From an uncultured Spirochaetota bacterium (GTDB taxonomy: Bacteria > Spirochaetota > Spirochaetia > SZUA-6 > Fen-1364), in assembly GCA_963781885.1 (NCBI GenBank), contig CAWAHW010000002.1:128001-192000 (forward strand): DNA of 64,000 nucleotides, written 5' to 3'. How positions within the stretch are numbered: position 1 is the stretch's first letter; each line of letters begins with the position of its first letter. Positions 19,540-29,294 of this stretch are shown in pieces. Under the pieces are notes generated by a model. It was not told where the DNA came from. It saw only the letters and a list, made by a program, of their open reading frames with translations, and did not search any database. The position numbers were made by a program, and so were the translations under genes.

Positions 19540-20327
19540 GTGGCGACGGCAGGCGACTACAAGACAGCAATCCGCATGGAAGGCATCGAGAAGTACTTCG
19601 GCAATGTCGCGGCGTTGCGCGGCATCAACCTGGAGGTCGGCAGGGACGAGGTCATCGGGTTGATCGGCGACAACGGGGCAGGAAAGTCCACGCTGATCAA
19701 GATCATGACGGGTGTCTTCCCCCCACCTCGGGTGCAATGTACCTGCGCGACCAGCCCGTATCCTTCTCGGGCTATAGCGTCCGTGAGGCGCACAAGCGCG
19801 GCATCGAGACGGTCTACCAGGACAAGTCACTCGGGGAGAAGCAGGTCCTCTGGAGGAACTTCTTCATCGGTCGGGAGATCACGCTCCCCTTCGGCTTCAT
19901 CGACGTGAAGAAGGAAAAGAAGATCGCCCAGGGCATCATGGTGGATACCATCGGGTTCCGCGGCAAGGGCATCACCGTGGAGTCGCGCGCAAGCAAGCTC
20001 TCCGGCGGCGAGCGCCAGGGCGTGGCCATCGGCCGCGCCATGCATTTCGAGGCGGACCTGATCATCCTGGATGAGCCCACGGTGGCCCTCTCCCTGAAAG
20101 AGGTGCGCAAGGTGCTCTCCTTCGTGCAGAAGATCAAGGAGGCCGGCAAGGCCTGCATCTACATCACGCACGATCTGCAGGATGTCTACCAGATATCGGA
20201 CCGTTTCATCGTGCTGGATAGAGGGGAGATCGTGGCAAGCATCGCGAAGAACGAGATCAGCCTGAAGGAGCTGGACACGTTCCTGCTCGAATACTCGCAC
20301 GGCCTGAAAGACAAGGTGCAGCCATGA
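19540..20327 (+). CDS. Sugar ABC transporter ATP-binding protein (single domain), frameshift in C-run near 19720
   Basis: GDNGAGKS in the first frame; LSGGERQ, ILDEPT and YITH in the second. One more C in the C6 run restores FPPTSG. SD GAGGAGG before GTG. Confidence 0.85.
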
Positions 20328-21379
20328 AACACGGAAACTCGCGCTTCGCATTCATCGGGAAGATCGAGGGGCTGCCGATCGCGGCGGTGCTTGCCATCCT
20401 CTACGTCATCTTCATCTTCACCGCGCCGTCGGTCTTTACCGGATATCGCATCTACATGTCTTTCTTCCAGACCGTGCCGCCGATGCTCGTGCTTGCAATC
20501 GGCCTGACCTTCATCATCACCGCGGGGGAGATCGACCTGAGCTTCCCCGCCGTCGTGGCGCTGTCGGGTTTCGTCTTTACCTGGGTTTTCAAGACCTACC
20601 ACGCCCCATGGATCGGCTTCATCCTCGCACTCGCCTCGGGCGCCCTGGTGGGGTATATCAACGGGATCCTGGTGGCGCGCCTGCGGGTGCCGTCCATCAT
20701 GGCAACCCTGGCGACGCAGTTCTTCTGGTACGGCGTGACGCTCCTGATCGCGGGCGGTCTCCAGATCAATATCGAAGAGATCCAGACCAATCTCATCCAC
20801 ACCGTGTTCGTCGGTCGGATCTTCGGCGTCTTCCCCGCGCAGGCGCTCTGGTCGCTCGGTGTCGTGATAGTGTTCTGGTTCATCCTGAACCGGCACAAGT
20901 TCGGCGAGGCGATCATGTTCATCGGCGACAATGCCGACGTCGCGCGCGTAATGGGCATCAACGTCGAGACGACGCGGATCAAGCTGTTCACCATGCATGG
21001 CGTGCTCGCCGCCTTTGCCGGGCTCCTCCTGACGATAGAGATCAACGTCTTCTTCCCGACGCAGGGACAGGGCATGCTCCTGCCGGTCATGGCGGCTGTC
21101 TTCATCGGCGGCACGTCGATCGCGGGCGGCCAGGGCGCCATCGTGGGCACCTTTTTCGGCTCGTACATCATCGGCTCCCTGGAAGCAGGCGTCGTGGCAA
21201 CAGGCATCGGCGGCTACTGGGTGCAGCTCGTGGAAGGAGTCGTGATGGCAGCCTCCGTGATCCTCAACGTGATCATCGGGGACGAGGGTGCCGCCCTTCT
21301 GGCGCGGACCGCCCGCAAGTGGGCCGTGCCGGAACAGGCGCCGCCCGGCAAGGAGCCCGCGGCTCACGGCGATTCATGA
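20324..21379 (+). CDS. Sugar ABC transporter permease
   Basis: 'AGEIDLSF', 'AAVFIGGTSIAGG', multiple TM segments. Confidence 0.9.
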   Translation: MKHGNSRFAFIGKIEGLPIAAVLAILYVIFIFTAPSVFTGYRIYMSFFQTVPPMLVLAIGLTFIITAGEIDLSFPAVVALSGFVFTWVFKTYHAPWIGFILALASGALVGYINGILVARLRVPSIMATLATQFFWYGVTLLIAGGLQINIEEIQTNLIHTVFVGRIFGVFPAQALWSLGVVIVFWFILNRHKFGEAIMFIGDNADVARVMGINVETTRIKLFTMHGVLAAFAGLLLTIEINVFFPTQGQGMLLPVMAAVFIGGTSIAGGQGAIVGTFFGSYIIGSLEAGVVATGIGGYWVQLVEGVVMAASVILNVIIGDEGAALLARTARKWAVPEQAPPGKEPAAHGDS

Positions 21380-21510
21380 GGAACAGGCGCGCCGTTGTGC
21401 GCGGTCTTTGAATCCTGAGCGAAAGGGGGAGGTGCAAACTGAGGCTTTCTTGTCTGCGGCCGCGCCGTGATGGCGCCGGCTTAAATACCTTTCTCAAGAA
21501 GGGGGAATCT

Positions 21511-22491
21511 GTGCGGAAGATGAAATGGGTCATTCTGGCTTTGGTGATCTTCGGGGCGCTGTTCGCAGCCCAGACCTGGGCGGCGGACAAGCAGCTCGTC
21601 ATCTACATGCAGTGCGGCGGGACGCAGGGCGACGGCGCCACGCTTGCGCGCACCAACGGCGCACGGGCGGCGGCCGCGGCGAACAACGTCAAGCTGATCG
21701 AACAGTACTCCAAGTGGGATCAGCAGACGATGATCGACCAGTTCAAGCAGGCCATGGCGGCCAACCCTGACGGCATCGAGATCATGGGCCACCCGGGCGA
21801 GGCAGCATTTGCGGCGCTCGTCGACCAGGCCGAGGCACAGGGCATCATCGTCACCAGCGGCAACAACCCGCTGCCGAACATCGAGGCGAAGTACCACGAT
21901 AAGGGCTTTGGGTACGCGGGCGCCGATCTCTACCAGGGCGGCTACCTCACGGGCCAGTCGATGGTCAAGGCAGGCAACCTGAAGGCCGGTGACAAGGCTC
22001 TCGTGTACGACATCTGGCACCAGGAAGGCCGCAGCCGCAGCAGCCAGGGCGTCTATGACGCGCTGGCAAAGGCCGGACTCATCGTCGACAAGCTCGACGT
22101 GTCCGCGGCGGTGGACAGCGACACCTCGCTTGCCATCCCCATCCTCACGGCGTATCTCCAGGCGCATCCCGACCTCAAGGCCATCGGCACCCAGCACGGC
22201 AGCGTGACCGCAATCCTGCCGAAGGTGCTCCAGGCGGCAGGGAAGAAGCCCGGCGACATCATCTGCGGCGGTATCGACCTTTCGCCCGCCACGGTAAGCG
22301 CCATCCAGGGCGGCTGGATTACCGCCAGCTTCGACCAGGTGCTGTATCTCCAGGGATACCTCCCGGTCCTCCAGATCGTCCTCACAAAGCGCTACCTGAT
22401 CCCCGGTCTGCACATCGACACCGGCGTCGGCACCGTGACCCCGCTGAACGTGGCCACGATCAAGCCCCTCATCGACCAGGGAATCCGCTAG
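21511..22491 (+). CDS. Sugar ABC transporter substrate-binding protein
   Basis: Signal peptide; type I periplasmic-binding fold motifs 'PDGI', 'DQVLYLQGY'. Confidence 0.88.
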   Translation: MRKMKWVILALVIFGALFAAQTWAADKQLVIYMQCGGTQGDGATLARTNGARAAAAANNVKLIEQYSKWDQQTMIDQFKQAMAANPDGIEIMGHPGEAAFAALVDQAEAQGIIVTSGNNPLPNIEAKYHDKGFGYAGADLYQGGYLTGQSMVKAGNLKAGDKALVYDIWHQEGRSRSSQGVYDALAKAGLIVDKLDVSAAVDSDTSLAIPILTAYLQAHPDLKAIGTQHGSVTAILPKVLQAAGKKPGDIICGGIDLSPATVSAIQGGWITASFDQVLYLQGYLPVLQIVLTKRYLIPGLHIDTGVGTVTPLNVATIKPLIDQGIR

Positions 22492-22511
22492 ACGGAGCAT
22501 GTTTGTGTGAT

Positions 22512-22544
22512 GTGCCCCCGCGAAAGCGGGGGCACTTTCTTTTT
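22512..22544 (+). terminator. Rho-independent terminator
   Basis: GTGCCCCCGC-GAAA-GCGGGGGCAC followed by TTTCTTTTT. Confidence 0.85.
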
Positions 22545-22562
22545 CACGCGATCGATACGCCG

Positions 22563-23372
22563 TCACACGCTGATATTTTTTCTCTGGAACGACCACAGGG
22601 AGCCGCCCACCAGCGCGAGCGTCGCGGCAAGCGGCACGGCGATGTCGACGCCGGACAGCCCATGCTGCATCACGTCGGCGGTGTCGTAGTACGCGTAGAA
22701 GGAGATCGCGCGGAGCGCGTGGACGAACGAGCCGGTGGCCGTCCGCCCGAGCACGTCAATGAACCAGCTCGCGATGAGAAAAACAACCGCGATGGCCGCC
22801 GCATGCGACTTTCGCCGGGCACAGGTCGCGACGAAGACAGTGAAGGCGAGCACGATCAGCGTCCCCGGCAGGATGTACAGGCTCGCATCGATGATGGTTC
22901 GGGTGGCGATATGCACCGCGGGGGTGGCGCGAAGACTGAGGAAGATCGCGCCGGTGCTGATGACAATGACCCCGACGGCCAGAACGCCGGATGCGAGGAA
23001 TTTCTCCAGCACGACGCGCCAGCGGGGCACGGGCATGCTGAGCAGCACGTCCATGATCCCCCGGTCTTCCTCGTTGGCCGTGACATTCAGTCCCATGATG
23101 ATCGCGTAGACGCCGAATATGACGAGGATGATCGCGTAGTACTGGTTGTTGAGGAAGCCCGCCGGGGAGGCCAGGAACGCGAGATCCCCGCCGCCCACCA
23201 TCTGGACGACGAACAGGGGCATTCTGGAAATCGCCTCCGCGGTCGCGCGCATGCCATTGGCATCCGGCACGGCGATGATGTTGAGGAGCGCGATCAACCC
23301 GATGCCGATTCCCCAATAGATCATCGACCGCCACCCGCGCCGCAGCGTCTCGAAGAATATCGCACGAGGCAT
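22563..23372 (-). CDS. ABC-2 type permease
   Basis: About 6 TM segments; 'ANEEDRGIMDVLLSMPVPRWRVVLEKFLA'. Confidence 0.85.
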   Translation of the reverse strand: MPRAIFFETLRRGWRSMIYWGIGIGLIALLNIIAVPDANGMRATAEAISRMPLFVVQMVGGGDLAFLASPAGFLNNQYYAIILVIFGVYAIIMGLNVTANEEDRGIMDVLLSMPVPRWRVVLEKFLASGVLAVGVIVISTGAIFLSLRATPAVHIATRTIIDASLYILPGTLIVLAFTVFVATCARRKSHAAAIAVVFLIASWFIDVLGRTATGSFVHALRAISFYAYYDTADVMQHGLSGVDIAVPLAATLALVGGSLWSFQRKNISV

Positions 23373-23382
23373 GCCGTCCTCC

Positions 23383-24192
23383 TTACAGGCCGATGTTCCG
23401 CCGCTGAAAGAGCCACGTGCCGCCCGCCATCAGCACGACCGTGACGACGCCCAGCACGAGCACATTGCCCCAGTCCAGGCCGTGGCGGATCACGGCCGTG
23501 CTGTCGTAGTAGCTGTAGAACGAGAGAAAGCGCAGCGTGCCGGCGAATGAGGCGCTCGCCTGGCGTCCGATGCTGTCGATGAAGTAGCTGCCAAGGATCA
23601 CCACGATGGCGACTGCCGCCGCAACATTCTTGCGGCGGATCACGGACGTGAGAAGCACCGTCATCGCGATCACGACGAGGGTGCTTGGCAGCATGTTGAG
23701 GGTCGTTTCCAGCAGCCTGACCTGGTCGATGGACAATGCGGGCGATGCCCGCAGACCGATCCACAGTCCGCCGAAGGTCAGGGCGATGATGCCCGCGATG
23801 ATGACGACGAAGGCCAGGAACTTTTCCAGCACCAGGCGCCAGCGGGAAACGGGCAGGCTCAACAGCACGTCCATGATCCTGCTGTCTTCCTCGTTCGCCG
23901 TGATGTTCAAGCCCGCAATCACCCCGTAGGCCGCCAGGATGAGCAGGGCGTAGCTGAAGAAGATCATGTTCAGGAACCCCGTCGGCGTCGCCATCGAGGC
24001 GGCGTCCTCTCCCCCGAACATGGCGAGCATGGCGGGCGGCACGCTTTGAAAGGCGCGCGCCATGTCCTTCAGCATGTCGGCGTTGGGGACGATCAGGGCC
24101 ACCGACAATCCCAGCGCGCCGATCCCCAGCCCCCACCAGAGCATCTGCATCCAGTTGCGCCTCAGGGTCTCCTCGAATACCGCCCCGGTCAT
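23383..24192 (-). CDS. ABC-2 type permease (paralogue of neighbour)
   Basis: 'ANEEDSRIMDVLLSLPVSRWRLVLEKFLA'; same 269-aa length as the adjacent paralogue. Confidence 0.85.
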   Translation of the reverse strand: MTGAVFEETLRRNWMQMLWWGLGIGALGLSVALIVPNADMLKDMARAFQSVPPAMLAMFGGEDAASMATPTGFLNMIFFSYALLILAAYGVIAGLNITANEEDSRIMDVLLSLPVSRWRLVLEKFLAFVVIIAGIIALTFGGLWIGLRASPALSIDQVRLLETTLNMLPSTLVVIAMTVLLTSVIRRKNVAAAVAIVVILGSYFIDSIGRQASASFAGTLRFLSFYSYYDSTAVIRHGLDWGNVLVLGVVTVVLMAGGTWLFQRRNIGL

Positions 24193-25142
24193 ACCGCCAT
24201 CTCCGCGGTCGCGCGATGATTGTTCTGCATGGCGGGCGAATCGCCGTAATAGGTGAGGAATATCTCTTCCAGCGTCGGCTCCTGGATCTGCATGTCGACG
24301 ATATAGGCCGCGTCGACCGCCCGGATCAGAGGGTCGAAATCCCCCGTCAGCTTGAGGCGGAGCCTGTCGCCGCTCGCCGACACGTCCGTCACGCCGCTGA
24401 GGCCCGCCACCGCGCCAAGAGGCGCCGCGGCGCGGAACTGGAACGTCACCCAGCGGAAGTCGGTGTGCATCATGTCGCTCACCGTTTTCACCTCCTTGAG
24501 CTGCCCGCTGCGCAGGATCCCGACACGGTCGCAGATCTCCTGCACCTCGTTGAGGACGTGGGAGGACAGGAAGACCGTGCAGCCGTCTTCCCGCGCTTCC
24601 CGCATGAGCTGGAGGAATATCTGCTGCATGAGCGGATCGAGGCCGTTGGTCGGCTCATCGAGGATGAGCAGCTCCGGCCTGCTCATCAGAGCGAGGATCA
24701 GACCGAGCTTGCGCTTGTTGCCGCTGGAGTAGCTGCGCACCTTCTTGCCCGGGTCGAATTCCAGGCGCTCGGCAAGGTTAGTGACGTATTTCATGTCCGG
24801 GCCGCCGCGCAGGCTGCCGACGTAGTGGATGACCTGGCGGGCCGTCAGGTTTTCCCACAGGCTGAGCTCGCCGGGGAGAAAGCCGATCCGCTTGTGCAGC
24901 GCGACGCTGTGCTGCCGGACGTCCATGCCCAGGATGGAGGCGTGACCCGCCGTGGGACGGATCAGGTCCAGCAGAAGCCTGATCGTGGTGGTTTTCCCCG
25001 CCCCGTTCGGTCCAAGGTACCCGAAGATCTCACCCGGCTGGATACTGAGGGTGAGGGAGTCCAGCGCGGGCTTCGCTTTTTTCCCGCCCCTGTAGACCAT
25101 TGTCAGGTTGTCCGTCTGGATCACTGGCGTCCGTGTCATCAT
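24189..25142 (-). CDS. ABC-2 type ATP-binding protein
   Basis: GPNGAGKT, YSSGNKRK, LILDEPT, LSSH. Confidence 0.92.
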   Translation of the reverse strand: MMTRTPVIQTDNLTMVYRGGKKAKPALDSLTLSIQPGEIFGYLGPNGAGKTTTIRLLLDLIRPTAGHASILGMDVRQHSVALHKRIGFLPGELSLWENLTARQVIHYVGSLRGGPDMKYVTNLAERLEFDPGKKVRSYSSGNKRKLGLILALMSRPELLILDEPTNGLDPLMQQIFLQLMREAREDGCTVFLSSHVLNEVQEICDRVGILRSGQLKEVKTVSDMMHTDFRWVTFQFRAAAPLGAVAGLSGVTDVSASGDRLRLKLTGDFDPLIRAVDAAYIVDMQIQEPTLEEIFLTYYGDSPAMQNNHRATAEMAV

Positions 25143-25167
25143 CGCTCTCCCCCTTTTCTCCACCTGC

Positions 25168-26280
25168 TCATTGTTTTTGTCCCGATCCCGGTGCGTCGCG
25201 CCCCGGCATCGTGAAATCCTCAAACGGCTTTTTCCCTTTCGCAACGTCGTCTATCACCTTGCCCAGCGAAAGGTCCTGGACCGCCGCGGACGGCAGGAGC
25301 ACGATCGTTCCGTTCTTCCGGATCCCCTCATAGGTGATGCTCATGCCGCGCAGCTGCAGGGCAGTCGGGTTGTCGCGATAACGCTTCGATGCTTCGACGT
25401 AGCTGTCGGCGACCTCCTGCTCCGCTTCCGCAAGGATGAGACGGGATTGCCGTTCGCGCTGGGCTTGTGCCTGCCGGGAGAGGGCATCCTCCAGCTCTTT
25501 CGAGATGACGATGTCGGTGATGCCGATGGAGAGGATCGTGATTCCCCACGGGCTCGTGCGCGCGTCGAGAAACTCCTGGATCTCCTTGCCCAGCCTTTCC
25601 TGCTCGGAGAGGAGGCTCGCCAAGTCGTGTTTGCCGATGGCGTTTCGCAGCGCCGCGTGGGCCGCGAGCGTCACCGATTCCAGATAATCCGCGACCTCCA
25701 GCGTGGCCTTTTCCGCGTCCCACACCATCCAGAAGGCGATGGCATCGACGCTGACCGGAACCGTGTCCTTCGTGAGGGTCGTTTCGTGATGGAACTCCAC
25801 CACCCGGATGCGGGTGTCCATCAACCGGGCGGCCCGGTCGACAAGCGGCGCGATGAGGAAGACGCCCGGTCCCCGCAGGCCGGCAAACCTTCCCAGGCGG
25901 AACATGACGACCTTTTCCCACTGCTGGGCGAGCTGGATCGTCGGCATGAGGATGAACCCTGCTCCCATCACTGCGAGCGGTGCGAGAAACGCGTCGCCCA
26001 ACGCCCAGCGCAGCGCCGCTCCCGCCGCCACGATGAATGCAAGATCGAGAATCCACAGCGGGAAGAAGTACAGAATGAGGACCGCGATGAAGCAGCCGAG
26101 AACAACACATCCCAGCGCTTCGAGCTGAAACGACGCGCCGCCGAGGATCGGGATCAGGGCGCCCGCCCCGACCGCGATCACGAAAAGGAGGAAACCCAGG
26201 CTGGAAAGCCTGAAATCCCTTTCCGTCCCGCGCCTGTCGACCTGACCCCCAGGGGGGAGCTCACGAGTGATGAGCGTCAT
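25168..26280 (-). CDS. SPFH/stomatin (slipin) family membrane protein with extra N-terminal TM helices
   Basis: 'VMFRLGRF..GPG', 'TKDTVPVSVDAI', 'SRQAQAQRERQSR', 'PTALQLR'. Confidence 0.88.
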   Translation of the reverse strand: MTLITRELPPGGQVDRRGTERDFRLSSLGFLLFVIAVGAGALIPILGGASFQLEALGCVVLGCFIAVLILYFFPLWILDLAFIVAAGAALRWALGDAFLAPLAVMGAGFILMPTIQLAQQWEKVVMFRLGRFAGLRGPGVFLIAPLVDRAARLMDTRIRVVEFHHETTLTKDTVPVSVDAIAFWMVWDAEKATLEVADYLESVTLAAHAALRNAIGKHDLASLLSEQERLGKEIQEFLDARTSPWGITILSIGITDIVISKELEDALSRQAQAQRERQSRLILAEAEQEVADSYVEASKRYRDNPTALQLRGMSITYEGIRKNGTIVLLPSAAVQDLSLGKVIDDVAKGKKPFEDFTMPGRDAPGSGQKQ

Positions 26281-26684
26281 AGGTTTCCTCCTGTCCTTTC
26301 AATTCTTCCAGATGTGAGACGATTTCCCGCATTGTGATTCCGTACGAGGAGATCTTCGGAAATGAACTCCCGCACCAGCTCGGCCAGCACGCGCTCGCGC
26401 TCGATGTCGGGGATGTCCACTTTCCGATTGCCGATGAAGGTTCCCGTTCCCTGTTGCGTCGCGAGGATCTGCCGGATTTCCAGCTCGCTGTATGCCCGGG
26501 CGACCGTGTTGGGGTTGACCTGAAGCTCCACGGCAAGGCTCCGCACCGTCGGAAGCCTGGCGCCTGGTGCAAGCCGCCCGTCAGCGATTGCCATTTCAAT
26601 CTGTAGTATCAACTGCTTGTAAAATGGCATGCCGCTCTTCGGGTCAAGTGTGAACTTCAGCCCTGCTGCCTGTTGCCTTTCCAT
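26261..26684 (-). CDS. GntR (YtrA subfamily) regulator, frameshift near 26352
   Basis: 'PFYKQL', 'LPTVRSLAVELQVNPNTVARAYSELE', 'GTGTF'; C-terminus continues as ISSYGITMREIV in the adjacent frame. Confidence 0.88.
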
Positions 26685-26704
26685 GTTGTCCTGTGTCTCT
26701 CCAG

Positions 26705-26743
26705 ATTGTATTAGTCTATTAATACAATACCTATTTAATACAA
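26705..26743. promoter_or_regulatory. YtrA-type operator
   Basis: Perfect ATTGTATTA-N6-TAATACAAT plus an extra half-site TAATACAA at 26736-26743, directly upstream of gntR. Confidence 0.7.
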
Positions 26744-26789
26744 CTACAACAGAAGGTCAACTGTTTTCGCTCATTTTTTCTTTTTCCCC

Positions 26790-26835
26790 TTGACAATATA
26801 CTCAGTACTGACTAAAAATAGTCAGTACTGAGTAT
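26790..26835 (+). promoter_or_regulatory. padR promoter with 17-bp inverted repeat operator
   Basis: TTGACA 26790-26795; ATACTCAGTACTGACTA-AAAA-TAGTCAGTACTGAGTAT (26798-26835). Confidence 0.75.
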
Positions 26836-26845
26836 TGGAGGATCG

Positions 26846-27403
26846 ATGAGTGTCCCTCTCTACATTCTCGGGCTTTTGCGGAGATTTGGACCCCAACACG
26901 GCTACCAGATAAAGAAAGTCATCAGCGAGGAGATTGCGGACTTCGCGAGAATCAAGCTGCCAACGATCTACTACCACCTTCAAAGGATGGAGGAGGATGG
27001 CCTGCTGTCCGCCGAGAACGCAAAGGATTCCAACAGGCCCGAGCGTCGCGTCTACACAATCACCCCGAAAGGTCGGGCGGCCTTTGAAAAGGAGCTCGTC
27101 AGTCTACTCGATCTCACGTTCGAGCCTTCATTCGAATGCGATGCTCTCTTCTACTTTGCCGACTGCCTGGACGATGCCGACATCCTCGGCTCGCTCGAAG
27201 CCCATGCGCGTGCGATGGACGCTGCACGGCAGACAATTGAGAGCCACGAGGCCATCGCCACGGAAGGCCTTTCCGCGGAGCAGAAAGCCTGGGCGTCGGT
27301 CATTTTTTGCCATCACAAGCTGCACGACCAGGCCGAGGCATCGTGGGCGCGCGAGGCGCTCGCCATTCTGCGCAACAAGAACTCGGGTAATCAGGAGGCA
27401 TGA
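26846..27403 (+). CDS. PadR family regulator
   Basis: 'ILGLL...HGYQIK', 'IYYHLQRMEEDG', 'RRVYTITPKGR'. Confidence 0.92.
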   Translation: MSVPLYILGLLRRFGPQHGYQIKKVISEEIADFARIKLPTIYYHLQRMEEDGLLSAENAKDSNRPERRVYTITPKGRAAFEKELVSLLDLTFEPSFECDALFYFADCLDDADILGSLEAHARAMDAARQTIESHEAIATEGLSAEQKAWASVIFCHHKLHDQAEASWAREALAILRNKNSGNQEA

Positions 27404-27404
27404 T

Positions 27405-28063
27405 ATGACGAAGGCAAGAGTGCCGGAGACAAACAGCGGCATCCAGGGAACCGCGACCGTCGAGATCTATGACGCATTCGCGAGGAACATGAGGGATCGG
27501 GGCTACCTGCCCGTGAAAGAGTACGTGTCCCGTGGTCTCGCGGGCGGCGTCGGCCTGGAAATCGGTCCCGGGCCCGGCTACGTCGGTCTGGAATGGCTCC
27601 GCGCCTGTCCGGATGGAAGCCTGACCGGACTGGAGATAAGCGCCGACATGATCCGCGTGGCCGAGCGCAATGCCCGCGAGTATGGTCTCATAGACAGGAC
27701 ACGCTATGTCGAAGGCAACTCCATGAGCATGCCGTTCACGGACGGCAGCTTCGATTGCGTCGTTCTCGAATGGCTCTCTCCACGAGTGGGAAAAGCCGGA
27801 GCTCGTCTTTTCGGAGATCGTCCGCGTGCTGAAACCGGGAGGCATCTTCTGCGTGACCGATCTGCGTCGCGATGCCGGGCTCCCGGCGCGGCTTTTCGGT
27901 CTCATGGGCGCCAGACCGAAGGCAATCCGTCAGTGGATTCCTGAGCTCGCTCAACGCATCGTACACGAAGGCAGAGCTCGAAAAGCTCCTTCACGATGGC
28001 GGCATCGAGGCGGCAGTAGAGAGCAGTTTCATGGATGTGTCAGTGACGGGGAAGAAAGGCTGA
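27405..28063 (+). CDS. Class I SAM-dependent methyltransferase, two frameshifts (~27762, ~27934)
   Basis: 'LEIGPGPG', 'MPFTDGSFD', then 'VLKPGG' and 'SLNASYT..EL' in successive frames. Confidence 0.8.
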
Positions 28064-28240
28064 AGCCCGTCCGGCGTCACGGGTCGGGGTGCCGGGCTTC
28101 GAGGGTCTTCACCAGCGCATCGAGATCGGCGTTCCACCGGGTCTCATCCAGCGCGCCGAGCCCCCGGGAGAGTCGGGCGCTCTTTTTGCACTTGACGACG
28201 GACATCCGGACCGTATTTTCTTGTGAGAAGAGGTGACGAG

Positions 28241-29230
28241 ATGAAACCTGTTGTCTGGGGCGTGCTTTCGATTTCCCACCATTACAAGCTTCGCGTCCAT
28301 ACGAATGTGAGCCGGTCCCCGCTTGTCGACATGCGCGGTCTTGCCTCCCGCTCCCGGGACAAGGCGGCGGAGGCCGCCCGCGATCTGGGCATCGCAAAGT
28401 CGTACGGTTCCTACGAGGAGCTCCTTGCGGACAAGGAGATCGAGGCAGTCTACATCCCGCTTCCCAACCACCTGCACGCGGAATGGGTGAAGAAGGCAGC
28501 GGATGCGGGAAAGCACGTCCTCTGTGAGAAGCCATTCGCCATGGATGCCAAAGAGGCGGAGGGGGCGATCCGCTACGCGGAGCGCAAGGGCGTGCGCGTG
28601 ATGGAGGCCTTCATGTACCGATTCCATCCCCAGTGGAAAAAGGCGCAGGAGCTGCTGAAGGCGGGGGAGATCGGGAAGGTGCAGCTCGTGTCCACGGTCT
28701 TCACGTACAGCAACCTCGACCCCCACAATATCCGCAATATCCTGGCCGTCGGCGGCGGGGCCATTCCCGACATCGGCTGCTACGCGGTGTCCAGCGCCCG
28801 CTTCCTCCTGGGCAGGGAACCAACGCGCGTGATCAGCCTCGTCCAGCGCGACCCCACGATGGGCACGGACATCCTCACCTCCGCCCTGCTTGACTTCGGG
28901 TCTGCCCGGTGCCAGTTCACGATCTCCACCCAGACCCACCCCTGGCAGCGGGTCGACGCACTGGGAACCGGCGGCGCGCTTTCCGTCCTGATCCCTTTCA
29001 ATGCCTACCCCGACGTGCCGATGCAGATGACCGTCACCGCGGGCGTCGGCACCCGGCAGATCTACACCCCGCCCACCGACCAGTACGTGGAGATGTTCGA
29101 GGGCTTCTCCCGCGCCGTGCGCGACGGCACGCCCGTTCCCACGCCGCCCCAGGACGCCATCGATAACATGAAGGTGCTCGACGCGCTGTTCAGGTCGGAG
29201 AAGTCGGGGAGCTGGGAGAAGGTGACGTAA
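28241..29230 (+). CDS. Gfo/Idh/MocA family oxidoreductase
   Basis: 'YIPLPNHLH', 'GKHVLCEKP', 'MEAFMYRFHP', 'DIGCY'. Confidence 0.92.
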   Translation: MKPVVWGVLSISHHYKLRVHTNVSRSPLVDMRGLASRSRDKAAEAARDLGIAKSYGSYEELLADKEIEAVYIPLPNHLHAEWVKKAADAGKHVLCEKPFAMDAKEAEGAIRYAERKGVRVMEAFMYRFHPQWKKAQELLKAGEIGKVQLVSTVFTYSNLDPHNIRNILAVGGGAIPDIGCYAVSSARFLLGREPTRVISLVQRDPTMGTDILTSALLDFGSARCQFTISTQTHPWQRVDALGTGGALSVLIPFNAYPDVPMQMTVTAGVGTRQIYTPPTDQYVEMFEGFSRAVRDGTPVPTPPQDAIDNMKVLDALFRSEKSGSWEKVT

Positions 29231-29294
29231 GCAGGCACGGCACCGGCCTTGTGCGGTCCGGTGGCCGCACCCGCCTGATCGGGATCCGGTCAGG

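Noticed and set aside
19719-19724. Phase variation at G/C homopolymers (also ~61383, ~63098)
   Set aside because: Runs are only 5-7 nt and indels also occur outside homopolymers; assembly error is more parsimonious.
28077-28206. Short minus-strand peptide 'DETRWNADLDALVKTLE' resembling a TIR-protein C-terminus
   Set aside because: Too short, no upstream domain or SD; cannot be supported as a gene or remnant.
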